From NCBI GenBank assembly GCA_046292385.1, contig JBKBRF010000004.1, positions 111,654-175,653 of the forward strand: DNA of 64,000 nucleotides, read 5' to 3'. Positions 30,508 to 40,706 of this stretch are shown piece after piece (the stretch's first letter is position 1; each line of letters starts with the position of its first letter). The notes below the pieces were generated by a model, which ran no database searches, was not told the origin of the DNA, and saw only the letters and a program-made list of their open reading frames with translations. Both the position numbers and the translations under genes were made by a program. The stretch comes from Armatimonadota bacterium (GTDB lineage Bacteria; Armatimonadota; SYMT01).

Positions 30508-32601
30508 TCAGCGGGCCTGGAGCGCGACGAGGCGATCGGTGAAGGCGAGGAGGGCCGTACGGCCGACGAGGGTGACGGTCGGGGTGCCGCTGGCGCCCTT
30601 CGTCGCTTCCTCGATGTCGATTTCTTCCAGGACGCGACCGTCCGCGGCGGAGAGCACGATCAGCTTCTCGCCGGTGGGAACGTAGATCCGGTCGCCCGCG
30701 AGCGCAGGATAGCCGAGGCGGGAGCGCGTGGTGTCCGGCTCCCAGACCCACTCGCGGGCGCCGTCGGAGACGTTGATCGCCTGGACGTGGTCGCCCCCGA
30801 TGTAGGCGTGCTTCTTATCGACCGCGAAGAGCGAGCCGGGGGCGTCCGGCAGGGGGCCCTTCGGCGAAACCCACAGGAGCTTGAGCGTGGCCGGATCGAT
30901 CCCGACGGCGTCCTGGCCCCAGCGCGGCGAGAAGACGATCGGCCCGGGCCCGGAGGCGAGGAGGCTGATCGGCTCATTCGGCACCTGGGGAGCGCCGCCC
31001 AGCCCGCCGCCTCGATAGCTGGCGGCACCGCGGCGCGTCGGCGTGTAGCGGTAGATCAGCCGGATGTCGCCGGTGATCAGGTCGAGCGCGTTCAGCGTGT
31101 AGAGCGAGCTCTCGATCCAGACGATGCCGTCCCGCACGGCGGCGGGGGAGCCGTCGGCGGTGGTGAGCAGGTCGCTACCGGCGCCGAGGTAGGTGCTCCA
31201 GAGCGGCTCGCCCGTGCCGGGGTCGAGCGCCACCGCCGAGTACTCGGTGATGCCGCCTTTGTAGGCGGTGTAGCCGGTCAGCACGGCGTCGGCGGTGAGG
31301 CTCGGCAGGTTGAAGAAATAGCCGCGCGGATCGCCGCCGGCCACCCGCTGCCAGAGTGGGGTGCCGTCGCGGGCGTCGAGCATCGTCACGGCGTAGTCGA
31401 TCGGGGTCCGCCCGCGGGAGCTTCCGCCGACGGAGAGGGAGCTGAGCGTCACCAGCCGGTCGGCGATGATGCTCGGCGCCGTCTGGAGCGATCGCCGGGT
31501 GCCGCGAGTGCTGACGCCGCGCGCGTCGGTGGCGAAGTTGATGATCTCATCCGCGCGCAGGCTGTCGCCCTCGCGGGACCAGGCCGGCTTTCCGTCGGCC
31601 AGTGAGAGCGCCGTCACCCCGGCCGGTCCCTGCACCCAGACGCGGTCTCCCGCGACCGCCGGCCAGACCATTCCGCCGAAGGACGAGCCGCCGCCGACGA
31701 CGACCGAGCGAGTGCCGGTGTAGTTGACGTCGGTGTCGTCCGGGAAGATGAAGCCCCATTGACGCTGCAGCGCGCCCGCGACGGACCCGCTCATGACGCG
31801 GCTCCCGTCGTCGCCGGCAAAATCGGTCCACCGCGGACCTTCCCCTGGCGGCGGCGCGGCCTGCAGGGTCTTGCTGAGCGCGTCCGCCGCGGCGGCGCCG
31901 GTCTGCTTCGCCCCGGCCACCGTCACCGGCGCGGCGCCGTGCTCTTTCCGGATCCGATCGAGAACCTGCCGCGCCTCGGCCGGCTTGCCGGCCAGGTGCG
32001 CGGAGAGGGCGTAGCGGAGCAGGGTCGGCACCGGGGTGGCGGGCGATCGCGCGAGGCGCGTGTAGGCCACGCGGGCCAGCTCCGGACGGCCGCCGTCCAG
32101 GGCGCGGTTGGCGATCCAGAGCAGCGCGCGGTCGCCGTAAGAGCTGAAGCGGTACTGGGAGTAGACCTCCCGCATCTGCTCCTCGCTCTGCTCCGCGACC
32201 GCCTGGTCGTAGAGCCGGCGCGCGTCCGCGTCGTACTTCGCCCGGTACTTGTCCCGCACCACGGCCGGCAGCCCGGCCATCTGCTGGTGGCAGAAGTGGC
32301 GCACGCCGACCAGGAACTCCGAGTCCTGCTCCATCACCGGGTCGCTCGGGTCGCTCACCAGCGCCTGGTAGGTCTGGATCCACTCGTCCCAGAGCTTCTG
32401 CCCCGCCAGGCGGCCGAGGCGGTCGACCTGCTGCTTGAGACGGGGGTTGGTGGAGAAGGTCGGCACGAATTCGGTGCCGCCGCGCTGGGCGGAAGCCGGG
32501 AGCGTCACGATGAGGGCGGCGAGCGCGGCGCCGGCCAGGAGCAGGCCCGGCACCCCCGGGCGCATTGCGTGCTTGTGCCTGGCGGGACCTCGTCTCATCA
32601 C
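30508..32601 (-). CDS. Secreted TPR-like plus PQQ-type beta-propeller repeat protein; terminal gene of the MoxR/vWA cluster
   Basis: Signal peptide. Helical N-terminal region, then repeated beta-propeller blades (GDRVWVQG..., DGTPLWQ..., GEPLWSTYLG..., LKLLWVS..., GAREWVWE..., DRIYVPTG...). Confidence 0.55.
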   Translation of the reverse strand: MMRRGPARHKHAMRPGVPGLLLAGAALAALIVTLPASAQRGGTEFVPTFSTNPRLKQQVDRLGRLAGQKLWDEWIQTYQALVSDPSDPVMEQDSEFLVGVRHFCHQQMAGLPAVVRDKYRAKYDADARRLYDQAVAEQSEEQMREVYSQYRFSSYGDRALLWIANRALDGGRPELARVAYTRLARSPATPVPTLLRYALSAHLAGKPAEARQVLDRIRKEHGAAPVTVAGAKQTGAAAADALSKTLQAAPPPGEGPRWTDFAGDDGSRVMSGSVAGALQRQWGFIFPDDTDVNYTGTRSVVVGGGSSFGGMVWPAVAGDRVWVQGPAGVTALSLADGKPAWSREGDSLRADEIINFATDARGVSTRGTRRSLQTAPSIIADRLVTLSSLSVGGSSRGRTPIDYAVTMLDARDGTPLWQRVAGGDPRGYFFNLPSLTADAVLTGYTAYKGGITEYSAVALDPGTGEPLWSTYLGAGSDLLTTADGSPAAVRDGIVWIESSLYTLNALDLITGDIRLIYRYTPTRRGAASYRGGGLGGAPQVPNEPISLLASGPGPIVFSPRWGQDAVGIDPATLKLLWVSPKGPLPDAPGSLFAVDKKHAYIGGDHVQAINVSDGAREWVWEPDTTRSRLGYPALAGDRIYVPTGEKLIVLSAADGRVLEEIDIEEATKGASGTPTVTLVGRTALLAFTDRLVALQAR

Positions 32602-32768
32602 GGCTCTCCGTATCCTTTCCAGCGGTTCGCTCCGCGCCGCCCGAGTTCCGGGCGTCGTTCAGGTCGCCATTACCGGCGAGTCAGTGGGAAGCCAGGCGGG
32701 GAAGAGTAGTACCGGCCTGATTCTCCCCACTCGCTCCCGGTTCGGAACTGCCAATTCTTACACCGGCC

Positions 32769-35153
32769 TTATAGAAGACCCTTCCGCTTGCGCAGGATCC
32801 ATTCGCCGACCAGCAGCGTCACGAACAGGATCAGCGGCAGCGGCGCGTCCCACAGCTCATGCTCCACCCGGCTCCGCACCTCCTGGCTGCGGTCCGGCAG
32901 TAGCTCCGGCAAGCTCTTCGCCTCGCTCCAGAGGAGGTACTTGCCGCCGGAGACGGAGGCGAGCCGCTTCAGCAGCTCCACGTTCTGCTGCGGCTCCTCC
33001 AGCTCGAGGCTCGCCGACTCCACCACCACGTTCGTGAGCGACTCGGCCTTCCGGACTCCCGGCGCCTTCAGCGACGCCTTGTACGAGCCCGGACGCGAGG
33101 CGATCCACTCGCCGGAATAGACGCCCGCCGCGCCGGGGACCGGCTCCAGCTTCACGGGGAAGCGCTGGCCATCTTCGCGGGTGAGGTCGGCGTCGACCGA
33201 GTTCACCCGCACCGGGTGGAAGTTCGGCGTCAGCAGCCGCGCGCGGAGCACCACCCGCTCTCCCAGCGTGTAGGTGGTGCGGTCCGCGGTGAGCCGGACG
33301 TACCGGTTGTCCCCCGGCAGCTCGTGCGGCGTGAGCGAGCGGATCACCTGCCCCCAGAACCGGTAGAAGTACTTGTCCCCGGTCCGGTGGCGCCACTGCC
33401 AGGTGCTGTCGACCATCGTCATGAACGAGGTGCCTTCGCCCACCTGCTGGAGCGCCATCAGCGGGATCTTGCCGTCGGTCCCGGTGATGCCGGGATGCCG
33501 TGCCAGCACCGTGGCGCCCGGCTTGGCCCGGTCGGTGATCCCGCACCAGTACATTCCCGGCAGGTCGTTCCAGACCGTGCGGTTCTGCTCCCGGTCCGGC
33601 ACCAGCAGCATCATCGGGTGTCCGGCGCCCGCGTCGCTCAGCTCGAGCTGGAACGGCTCGCGGAAGATCTGCTCCCGATGCGCGAGCGGCACAACGATCG
33701 GCCACACCGCTTCCAGGTCGGTCTGGCGGTACTGCCACGGCAGGAAGTTCTCGCCCGCCATCGTGATCAGGCTGCCGCCGCGCTCTTCCACGAACGCGCG
33801 CACGTTCTTCAGGTCCGCCGCCGTGAAATAGTCGCGCGGCACGTCGCCGAGCACCAGGATATCGAACTCGAAGAGCGCCTTCTTCGTCCGCGGGAATCCG
33901 AAGATCGGGACGTTCCCCTCGCCACCGCGGGACGGGTCCGGATCGTCGGCTAGCATGCAGGAGAACTGGGTGGTGGTGTCCCGCATGATCGCGTTCTTGA
34001 GGAAGCGATACTCCCAACGGGGATAGCCCTCCACGTAGAGGATCTTCAGCTTCTTGTCGACGATTCGGATCGGCCACGACTTCCGGTTATTGGAGAGCGT
34101 CACCTCGCCCGTCTGTCCCGGCACCGAGACGCTAAGCGTGCGAGCGCCGACCATATCCGGGGTGAACGAGAGGGTCAGCTCCTGCTTGCCGCCCGCGCCC
34201 CGGAGCGGCACGTTGATCCGCTGCAGCACCCGGTTTCCGATTGCGAGGGTGAGTGGGACCGTCCGGCCGGCGAAGCCGCGCTGGCGGAGGCTGACGGAGA
34301 CCACCACCTCGTCGCCCTTCCGCACCACCTCGTCCGCCAGCAGGCTGGTGACGGCGACGTCGCGCGGCGGGGTGGGGTCGCCGAAGCCGACCGTGTAGAT
34401 CGGGGCGCGCAGCTCCGCGGAGCGCCGTGCGGCGAGGGCAGGGTCCTCGCCCATGTTCTGCCCGCCGTCGCTGAGCAGCACCACTCCCGCCAGCGGCTGG
34501 CCGGCGGTGTCCTGCAGCACGAAGTCGATCGCGTCCCCAATGCGGGTTTGCTCGTCCTCCGGCTTACCCACCGCCAGCGGGATCCGCTCTCCGGCCGCCC
34601 CGGGCTCCTTCGGGTCGCCCTTGGCGTCCTTCAGCTCGGTGCCGGTCGCCTCCGTGCCGAAGCGGTAGAGCCGGACGGAGTGCTTCGCGACCAGCTCCTT
34701 CAGCAGCGTGGCGTCCCCCTGGTTCAGGAGCCGCCCCAGCGTCTCCATCCGGGTCGCCTCCGCCATCTTCGGATCGCCGAGCGCCTGGATCAGGTCGGCC
34801 TTGCGCTTTGCGTCCTGCCACCGGTCCTTCAGCCCCATGCTGCTCGACTCGTCGACCAGCACGGCGACCACCGACCGGTTCACCTGCGTCCGGTGACTCC
34901 GCAGCATCGGCTGCCAGATCAGCAGCGCCAGGATCACCATGGCGGCGATCCGCATCACCGAGAGCGGCCCCTTCCAGAGCCACGACGGCCGCCGCCCGTC
35001 TCGCGCGTAAAAGACGACCACCCACGCGAGCAGCCCCAGCCCCGCCGCCACGGCGACCCAGACCGGCCAGGGCTGGACGAAGAACAGGCGGTCCCACCGC
35101 AGCATGTCCTGCCCGGGCTCAATCCCCAGTAATCGGTAGATCCAGTCGCTCAT
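32769..35153 (-). CDS. Membrane-anchored von Willebrand factor A (vWA) domain protein with a large extracytoplasmic C-terminal region
   Basis: Two N-terminal transmembrane helices. vWA MIDAS start VAVLVDESSSMG. 794 aa. Confidence 0.6.
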   Translation of the reverse strand: MSDWIYRLLGIEPGQDMLRWDRLFFVQPWPVWVAVAAGLGLLAWVVVFYARDGRRPSWLWKGPLSVMRIAAMVILALLIWQPMLRSHRTQVNRSVVAVLVDESSSMGLKDRWQDAKRKADLIQALGDPKMAEATRMETLGRLLNQGDATLLKELVAKHSVRLYRFGTEATGTELKDAKGDPKEPGAAGERIPLAVGKPEDEQTRIGDAIDFVLQDTAGQPLAGVVLLSDGGQNMGEDPALAARRSAELRAPIYTVGFGDPTPPRDVAVTSLLADEVVRKGDEVVVSVSLRQRGFAGRTVPLTLAIGNRVLQRINVPLRGAGGKQELTLSFTPDMVGARTLSVSVPGQTGEVTLSNNRKSWPIRIVDKKLKILYVEGYPRWEYRFLKNAIMRDTTTQFSCMLADDPDPSRGGEGNVPIFGFPRTKKALFEFDILVLGDVPRDYFTAADLKNVRAFVEERGGSLITMAGENFLPWQYRQTDLEAVWPIVVPLAHREQIFREPFQLELSDAGAGHPMMLLVPDREQNRTVWNDLPGMYWCGITDRAKPGATVLARHPGITGTDGKIPLMALQQVGEGTSFMTMVDSTWQWRHRTGDKYFYRFWGQVIRSLTPHELPGDNRYVRLTADRTTYTLGERVVLRARLLTPNFHPVRVNSVDADLTREDGQRFPVKLEPVPGAAGVYSGEWIASRPGSYKASLKAPGVRKAESLTNVVVESASLELEEPQQNVELLKRLASVSGGKYLLWSEAKSLPELLPDRSQEVRSRVEHELWDAPLPLILFVTLLVGEWILRKRKGLL

Positions 35154-35164
35154 TTAAAAGGCAA

Positions 35165-35237
35165 AAGGCTAAAGGTTCACCCCCGAATGGGGGGCTAAAG
35201 GTTCACCCCCCGAACGGGGGCTAAAGGGCTGCACGGG
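35165..35237. repeat. Tandem direct repeat of a C5-GAAY-G5 hairpin unit (2.5 copies) in the vWA/BatA intergenic spacer
   Basis: ggctaaaggttcaCCCCCgaatGGGGGgctaaaggttcaCCCCCCgaacGGGGGctaaagggctgcacggg. Confidence 0.5.
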
Positions 35238-35278
35238 AGCGCGTTCCTACTGTCGTATGGCGCACCTCGACCGCGCCA

Positions 35279-35315
35279 GCCCTACACGCTACACCCTAAA
35301 CGCTACCCCCTAGCC
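35279..35315 (-). repeat. G-rich heptamer (TACACCC / CTAAACG) repeat. The minus strand carries three to four GGG tracts.
   Basis: ccctacacgctacaccctaaacgctaccccctagcc, directly after the BatA-like gene stop. Confidence 0.45.
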
Positions 35316-35316
35316 A

Positions 35317-37470
35317 CTACGATCTTCTCCCGAACGCCTGGGCCAGCATCGTCTCGATCGCCATCAGGGCGAGCGCGGCGATCAGCAGGTGACGCCACAG
35401 CTCGATCCCCTGGCGGCTCCGCGTCAGCTCCGTGAGAAGGTTGTCGTTCAGGCTGATCCAGGTCAGCTCTCGCACCGGCAGCAGCTTCCGGACCGCGGCT
35501 TCATCGAGGCCGCGGAGGTCGGCTTCCGCCGGATCCCGGTTTACCGCAAAGAGGTCTTCGCTGCCGCCGGCGGAGGCCAGCCGGTAGAATCCCGCCGCCT
35601 TCGTGGAGGGCACCGTCACCACGGCGCCGCGCTCGTCGACCACCGGCTTCAGCGTCGTCTTCTGTCCTTTCGGACTGATCGCGGTGACGCGCTCTCCTGC
35701 TTCGGAGAGCGGCAGCGGCTTCACCAGCGGCTCCCCCAGCCGTCCGTTGCGGGTGCCGTCCGCGCTGCTCGCCAGGTAGGCGATGAGCTGATGCACCATC
35801 GGCAGGAACGCGGGCCGCAGCGGGAGCGTGTTCCACTCCGTGTTCGCCGTGCTCGCCACCAGGATCACGCGCCCCAGCCCGAACTCCTTCTCCACGATTG
35901 CCGGCGCGCCGTTGCTGAAGCGGGCCATCACCTGGACCGACTTGTCGCCTTCCTTCGGAGTGAGCCGGAAATAGCGGGAGAAGTCGGCGGTATTCAGGTC
36001 GACGTCCTGCGCGCCGCGGAACCGCTGCAGGGCGGGGTGCTCCACGCTGGCGGGGTCGAGGAACGCCTTCTCGGTCCCAACGCCGGAGAGGCGGGCCGGC
36101 AGCAGGCTCGGCTGCGCCTCGTAGAGGTCCCGATTGTAAAGGCTGGCGTTCACCCGGCTGCCGAGGAAGATCACCGCGCCGCCGCCGTTCTGTACGAACT
36201 CCGCCAGCAGGCGGCGGTCGCCCTCGCCGAGGGTCGCCACGTCGGAGAGCGCCACCACGTCGTAGCCGCGCACGTTCTCGCCGCCGAAGGTGCTGCCGGT
36301 GATCACCCGCGGCTCCAGCGGCGTCGCCTCCTGGCCGGGGGAGGTGAGCGGCGGTGCGAGCGCGAGCTGCAGGAAGAAAGCGCCGTCCTTCTGGGGCGTC
36401 TGCGGGTTGGGCCGACCGTTCAGCACCAGCACCTTCACGTTCTGCCGCACCGGGAGCGCCAGGTAGCCGCGGTCGTCCGCCGGGAGGCGGTCTTCCGAGA
36501 TCCGGACCGTACAGGCCCGCACGCCCGGACGGTCGAAGATCTGGTTGAAGGTGACGAGGGTGCCCTGGCCCGGCTCCACGTCGATCCGCTGCGTCGATCC
36601 CTGCGCCTGGCCGTCGACCTCCAGCGTCACCAGCAGCCCGCGGGCCGCCTGGGTGCCGCGGTTGATGACGCGGGCCTGGATCCGCGCGGAGGAGCGGGCG
36701 GTCGCCAGCCCCCGCGCCGCCTGGACCCACTCCACGGCCAGGTTCGAGGCGCGCGGCTCGCGCGCCGGCAGCATCACGAGGCGCGCGGCCTTCGCCAGCG
36801 ACTCCCACGCGGCGGGGTCGCGTCCCTTGCCGTCGAAGCCGAGCGCCTGGTTATCGCTGATCAGGAAGACCTCGCGATTGACGAAGCGCGACTCGTTCAG
36901 CACCTCGACCGCCAGGCGCGCCGCGCCGCCGAAGTTGGTGCCGGCGTCGGAAAGCGCCACGCCCTTCCGCAGCACCTCCGTGACCGTGTTCAGGTCGAGG
37001 CTGGGCTGGCGGATCAGCGCCCGGGGCGGCTCTGAGGCGAGGATGACGCTGACGCCGTCGCCCTGCCGGAGCCCCCGCTGCACCAGGTCGAGCGCCCGGT
37101 CGCGGGCGCGGTCGAAGACCGTCTCGGCGCGCCCTACCGACGGGCGGTAGCCCATGCTGTAGGAGTTGTCCAGGATGATGACCGCGTGGACCTGCCCCCG
37201 CTGGCTCGCTACCGGGACCCCGCCCATCCGCACGATGGGGCGGCAGAGAGCGAGCACGACCAGCGCGATGATGAGGCAGCGGATCAGGAGGAGCAGGAGT
37301 TGCTCGATCATCAGGCGCCGGCTGCGGTTCCGCTGGCTCTGGCGCAGGAACTCCATCGCCCCCCACCGCACCACGCGGAAGCGCTTCCGCTGGAGCAGGT
37401 GGATGATGATCGGAATGCTGACCAGCGCGAGCGCGCCGAGCAGACCGCTGTTGATGAAAGAGAGTCCCAT
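35317..37470 (-). CDS. BatA-like protein: aerotolerance-regulator N-terminal domain plus vWA domain
   Basis: BatA_N-type start MGLSFINSGLLGALALVSIPIIIHLLQRKRF, a second transmembrane helix, then vWA MIDAS VIILDNSYSMG. 717 aa. Confidence 0.7.
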   Translation of the reverse strand: MGLSFINSGLLGALALVSIPIIIHLLQRKRFRVVRWGAMEFLRQSQRNRSRRLMIEQLLLLLIRCLIIALVVLALCRPIVRMGGVPVASQRGQVHAVIILDNSYSMGYRPSVGRAETVFDRARDRALDLVQRGLRQGDGVSVILASEPPRALIRQPSLDLNTVTEVLRKGVALSDAGTNFGGAARLAVEVLNESRFVNREVFLISDNQALGFDGKGRDPAAWESLAKAARLVMLPAREPRASNLAVEWVQAARGLATARSSARIQARVINRGTQAARGLLVTLEVDGQAQGSTQRIDVEPGQGTLVTFNQIFDRPGVRACTVRISEDRLPADDRGYLALPVRQNVKVLVLNGRPNPQTPQKDGAFFLQLALAPPLTSPGQEATPLEPRVITGSTFGGENVRGYDVVALSDVATLGEGDRRLLAEFVQNGGGAVIFLGSRVNASLYNRDLYEAQPSLLPARLSGVGTEKAFLDPASVEHPALQRFRGAQDVDLNTADFSRYFRLTPKEGDKSVQVMARFSNGAPAIVEKEFGLGRVILVASTANTEWNTLPLRPAFLPMVHQLIAYLASSADGTRNGRLGEPLVKPLPLSEAGERVTAISPKGQKTTLKPVVDERGAVVTVPSTKAAGFYRLASAGGSEDLFAVNRDPAEADLRGLDEAAVRKLLPVRELTWISLNDNLLTELTRSRQGIELWRHLLIAALALMAIETMLAQAFGRRS

Positions 37471-37484
37471 GCCCGAAAAACTGC

Positions 37485-38387
37485 TCAGGTGCGGCGCATG
37501 CGCCCGGCGAGATAGCGCGAGAGCCCGTCCGCCGGGTTTTCAGAGGTCAAAAGCCGCACCACGTCTACCTGGATCTCCCGGCAGCCGCGCTCCAGCTCGG
37601 TACAGAACTCCTGGAACTGGCGGAGGTACTCCTCGCGGATGCCGCGCGGGTCTACCAGCAGCTCCGGCTCCAGCTCCAACCCCTCGAACTTGGTCAGCTC
37701 GTCGAACGGGAACTCCACCTCGTCATCGTCCAGCACGTGAAAGACGATCACTTCGTGCTTGCGGTAGCGGAAGTGCCGGAGTCCCTCCAGCACGTCGCGC
37801 ACGTCGCCGAACAGATCTGAGAAGACGACGACCAGTCCTCGCCGCTTCAACTGCTCCGCGATCTGGTGGAAGGTGGGGGCGAGCTCCGTCTTGGGACGCG
37901 ACTCGGCAGTCGCCAGCGCCTCCAGCATCTGGGTAAAGTGGCTGCCGGTCGCCTTGGGTGGGATCGTGGTCCGCACCCCTTCGTCGAAGAGCACCAGGCC
38001 CGCGGCATCCCGCTGCTGCATCAGCAGCGACGAGAACGCGGCGGCGGCGACGGAGGCGTACTCCAGCTTGTCGAGCTTGCGGTTCTTCCCGCGGTAGCGC
38101 ATCGACTCGCTGGTGTCGACCATCAGCACCGCCTTCAGGTTCGTCTCTTCCTCGTACTCCTTCACGTAGTAGCGGTCGGAGCGCGCCAGGACCCGCCAGT
38201 CGATGTACCGGATCTCGTCTCCGGGCGTGTACTCGCGGTGCTGGGCAAACTCCACGCTGAAGCCGTGGTAGGGGCTCTTGTGGAGACCCGAGATGACGCC
38301 CTCCACCACCTCGCGCGCGTGGAACTCGAGGCGCGAGACGGCGCCCAGGACTTTCGGATCACCGAGTTGCTGCTGGGTGAGGGGCAT
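37485..38387 (-). CDS. DUF58-family protein (MoxR-associated vWA-like)
   Basis: GFSVEFAQHREYTPGDEIRYIDWRVLARSDRYYVKEYEEE...VLMVDTSESM is typical of DUF58 partners of MoxR ATPases. Confidence 0.75.
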   Translation of the reverse strand: MPLTQQQLGDPKVLGAVSRLEFHAREVVEGVISGLHKSPYHGFSVEFAQHREYTPGDEIRYIDWRVLARSDRYYVKEYEEETNLKAVLMVDTSESMRYRGKNRKLDKLEYASVAAAAFSSLLMQQRDAAGLVLFDEGVRTTIPPKATGSHFTQMLEALATAESRPKTELAPTFHQIAEQLKRRGLVVVFSDLFGDVRDVLEGLRHFRYRKHEVIVFHVLDDDEVEFPFDELTKFEGLELEPELLVDPRGIREEYLRQFQEFCTELERGCREIQVDVVRLLTSENPADGLSRYLAGRMRRT

Positions 38388-38391
38388 CGGT

Positions 38392-39444
<1,053 letters not shown>

Positions 39445-39546
39445 ATTCAGCTCCGAGAGTGATCTAGGGTCTAGCGTCCAGGGTCGAGTGGCTACGGTGG
39501 GGGGTTAGAGGTAGGTGTGTGTGCACGGCGAACCCGCCCCCACAGA

Positions 39547-39580
39547 CCTAAACCCTACACCCTAGACCCTAGACCCTAAC
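39547..39580 (-). repeat. G-rich heptamer repeat (CCCTAAA/CCCTACA/CCCTAGA units; minus strand TTAGGG-like) abutting the stop of the downstream toroid-protein gene
   Basis: cctaaaccctacaccctagaccctagaccctaac. A complementary G-rich arm ggggggttagaggtaggtgtgtg lies ~30 nt upstream, so a long imperfect hairpin is also possible. Confidence 0.5.
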
Positions 39581-39583
39581 TAA

Positions 39584-40702
39584 CTACAGTGATTGCTTGC
39601 AGTTCGCGAGGGAGATGAGCGAGTAGCCGGTCGACAGCTCGGCGCGGTTCTCCCACCAGCGCGGGTTCTGGTTGACCCAGGAGCCGTCCGGCCGCTGCCG
39701 GCGCACGATGGCGGCCGACACCTCCTGCGCCCACGGATGCTTCTTCCCACGCGAGTCGGTAACTACCTTCTGACCCCAGACATTCAACGTCTTCGTCATC
39801 GTGTGGTAGTAGTAGTAAAGCCCGTCGTCCTTCATGCGCGGGTTCTGCTCCACGTCCCAGTTCGCTCGCAGCCAGCTCCACGCCGCCTGCACGCGGGGAT
39901 CGGTCTTGGAGACGTTGGCGTAGAGGTAGCTCTTCAGCCCGGCGTAGGTCATGCTGCCGTAAGAGCTGTGCGGCTGCTTGGTGTACTCGTCCGCCTTGCT
40001 CTCCCCACTGGAGGCGTAGACGAAGCCGCCGTCGTTCCCCGCCCACTGCTGATCGTTGCTCTCGGAGCGGTTCTGGCACCGCTGCAGGAACAGGATCGCC
40101 TTCTGGAAGACCTCGGAGTTCCGCGGGTAACCGGACTCCTTCAGCGCCTCCAGCGCGTTCTGCAGGTTGGAGACGTCCGGGTTGTCCGCGCGGGAGCCGT
40201 ACCCGATGCCGCCGTACTGCGAGTCCTTCCGCGTGTAGCCCTCGCCTTCGTCGAACTGCGACTTCGCCAGGAACGCCTGCGCCTTGCGGATCGTCTCGCG
40301 GTGGGCCGGGTTCCGGGTGAGGTGCAGCGCGGTCAAGGCGAGCGCCGTGTTGTAGTTCGGAAGCCGCTGCGCCGGTCCGAACTGGTCGGTATAGATGGCG
40401 CCGTCCGGCTTGGCCAGGCCGGCCAGGTACTTCACCGCCTTCGCCACCGCGGGGTCCTTTTCGGTGACGCCGTTCCGCAGGAAGCCGATCAGGCAGACCG
40501 CCGTGATGCCGGGGTACTGGCCCCAGGAGCCGTCCTGTCCCTGTTTCTGACGCAGGAACGCCAGTCCTTTACGGACCGCCTGCGCGTTCCGCTGGGAGAC
40601 CGCCGCGCCGGCCGGAGCCGACTGCGCGGAGGCCGCGGAGAGCGGCATGGAGATCGCCACGGCGCTGCAGCCGAGCGCTATCAGGGAGAAGAGACGAAGC
40701 AT
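39584..40702 (-). CDS. Secreted prenyltransferase/squalene-oxidase-repeat (alpha/alpha-toroid) protein 1
   Basis: Signal peptide MLRLFSLIALGCSAVAISMPLSAASAQS. QW-type repeats QKQGQDGSWGQ, AKPDGAIY, QQWAGNDGGFVYASSG, RRQRPDGSWVNQN. Start set at the internal Met to avoid overlapping the upstream gene. Confidence 0.6.
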   Translation of the reverse strand: MLRLFSLIALGCSAVAISMPLSAASAQSAPAGAAVSQRNAQAVRKGLAFLRQKQGQDGSWGQYPGITAVCLIGFLRNGVTEKDPAVAKAVKYLAGLAKPDGAIYTDQFGPAQRLPNYNTALALTALHLTRNPAHRETIRKAQAFLAKSQFDEGEGYTRKDSQYGGIGYGSRADNPDVSNLQNALEALKESGYPRNSEVFQKAILFLQRCQNRSESNDQQWAGNDGGFVYASSGESKADEYTKQPHSSYGSMTYAGLKSYLYANVSKTDPRVQAAWSWLRANWDVEQNPRMKDDGLYYYYHTMTKTLNVWGQKVVTDSRGKKHPWAQEVSAAIVRRQRPDGSWVNQNPRWWENRAELSTGYSLISLANCKQSL

Positions 40703-40706
40703 GGGA

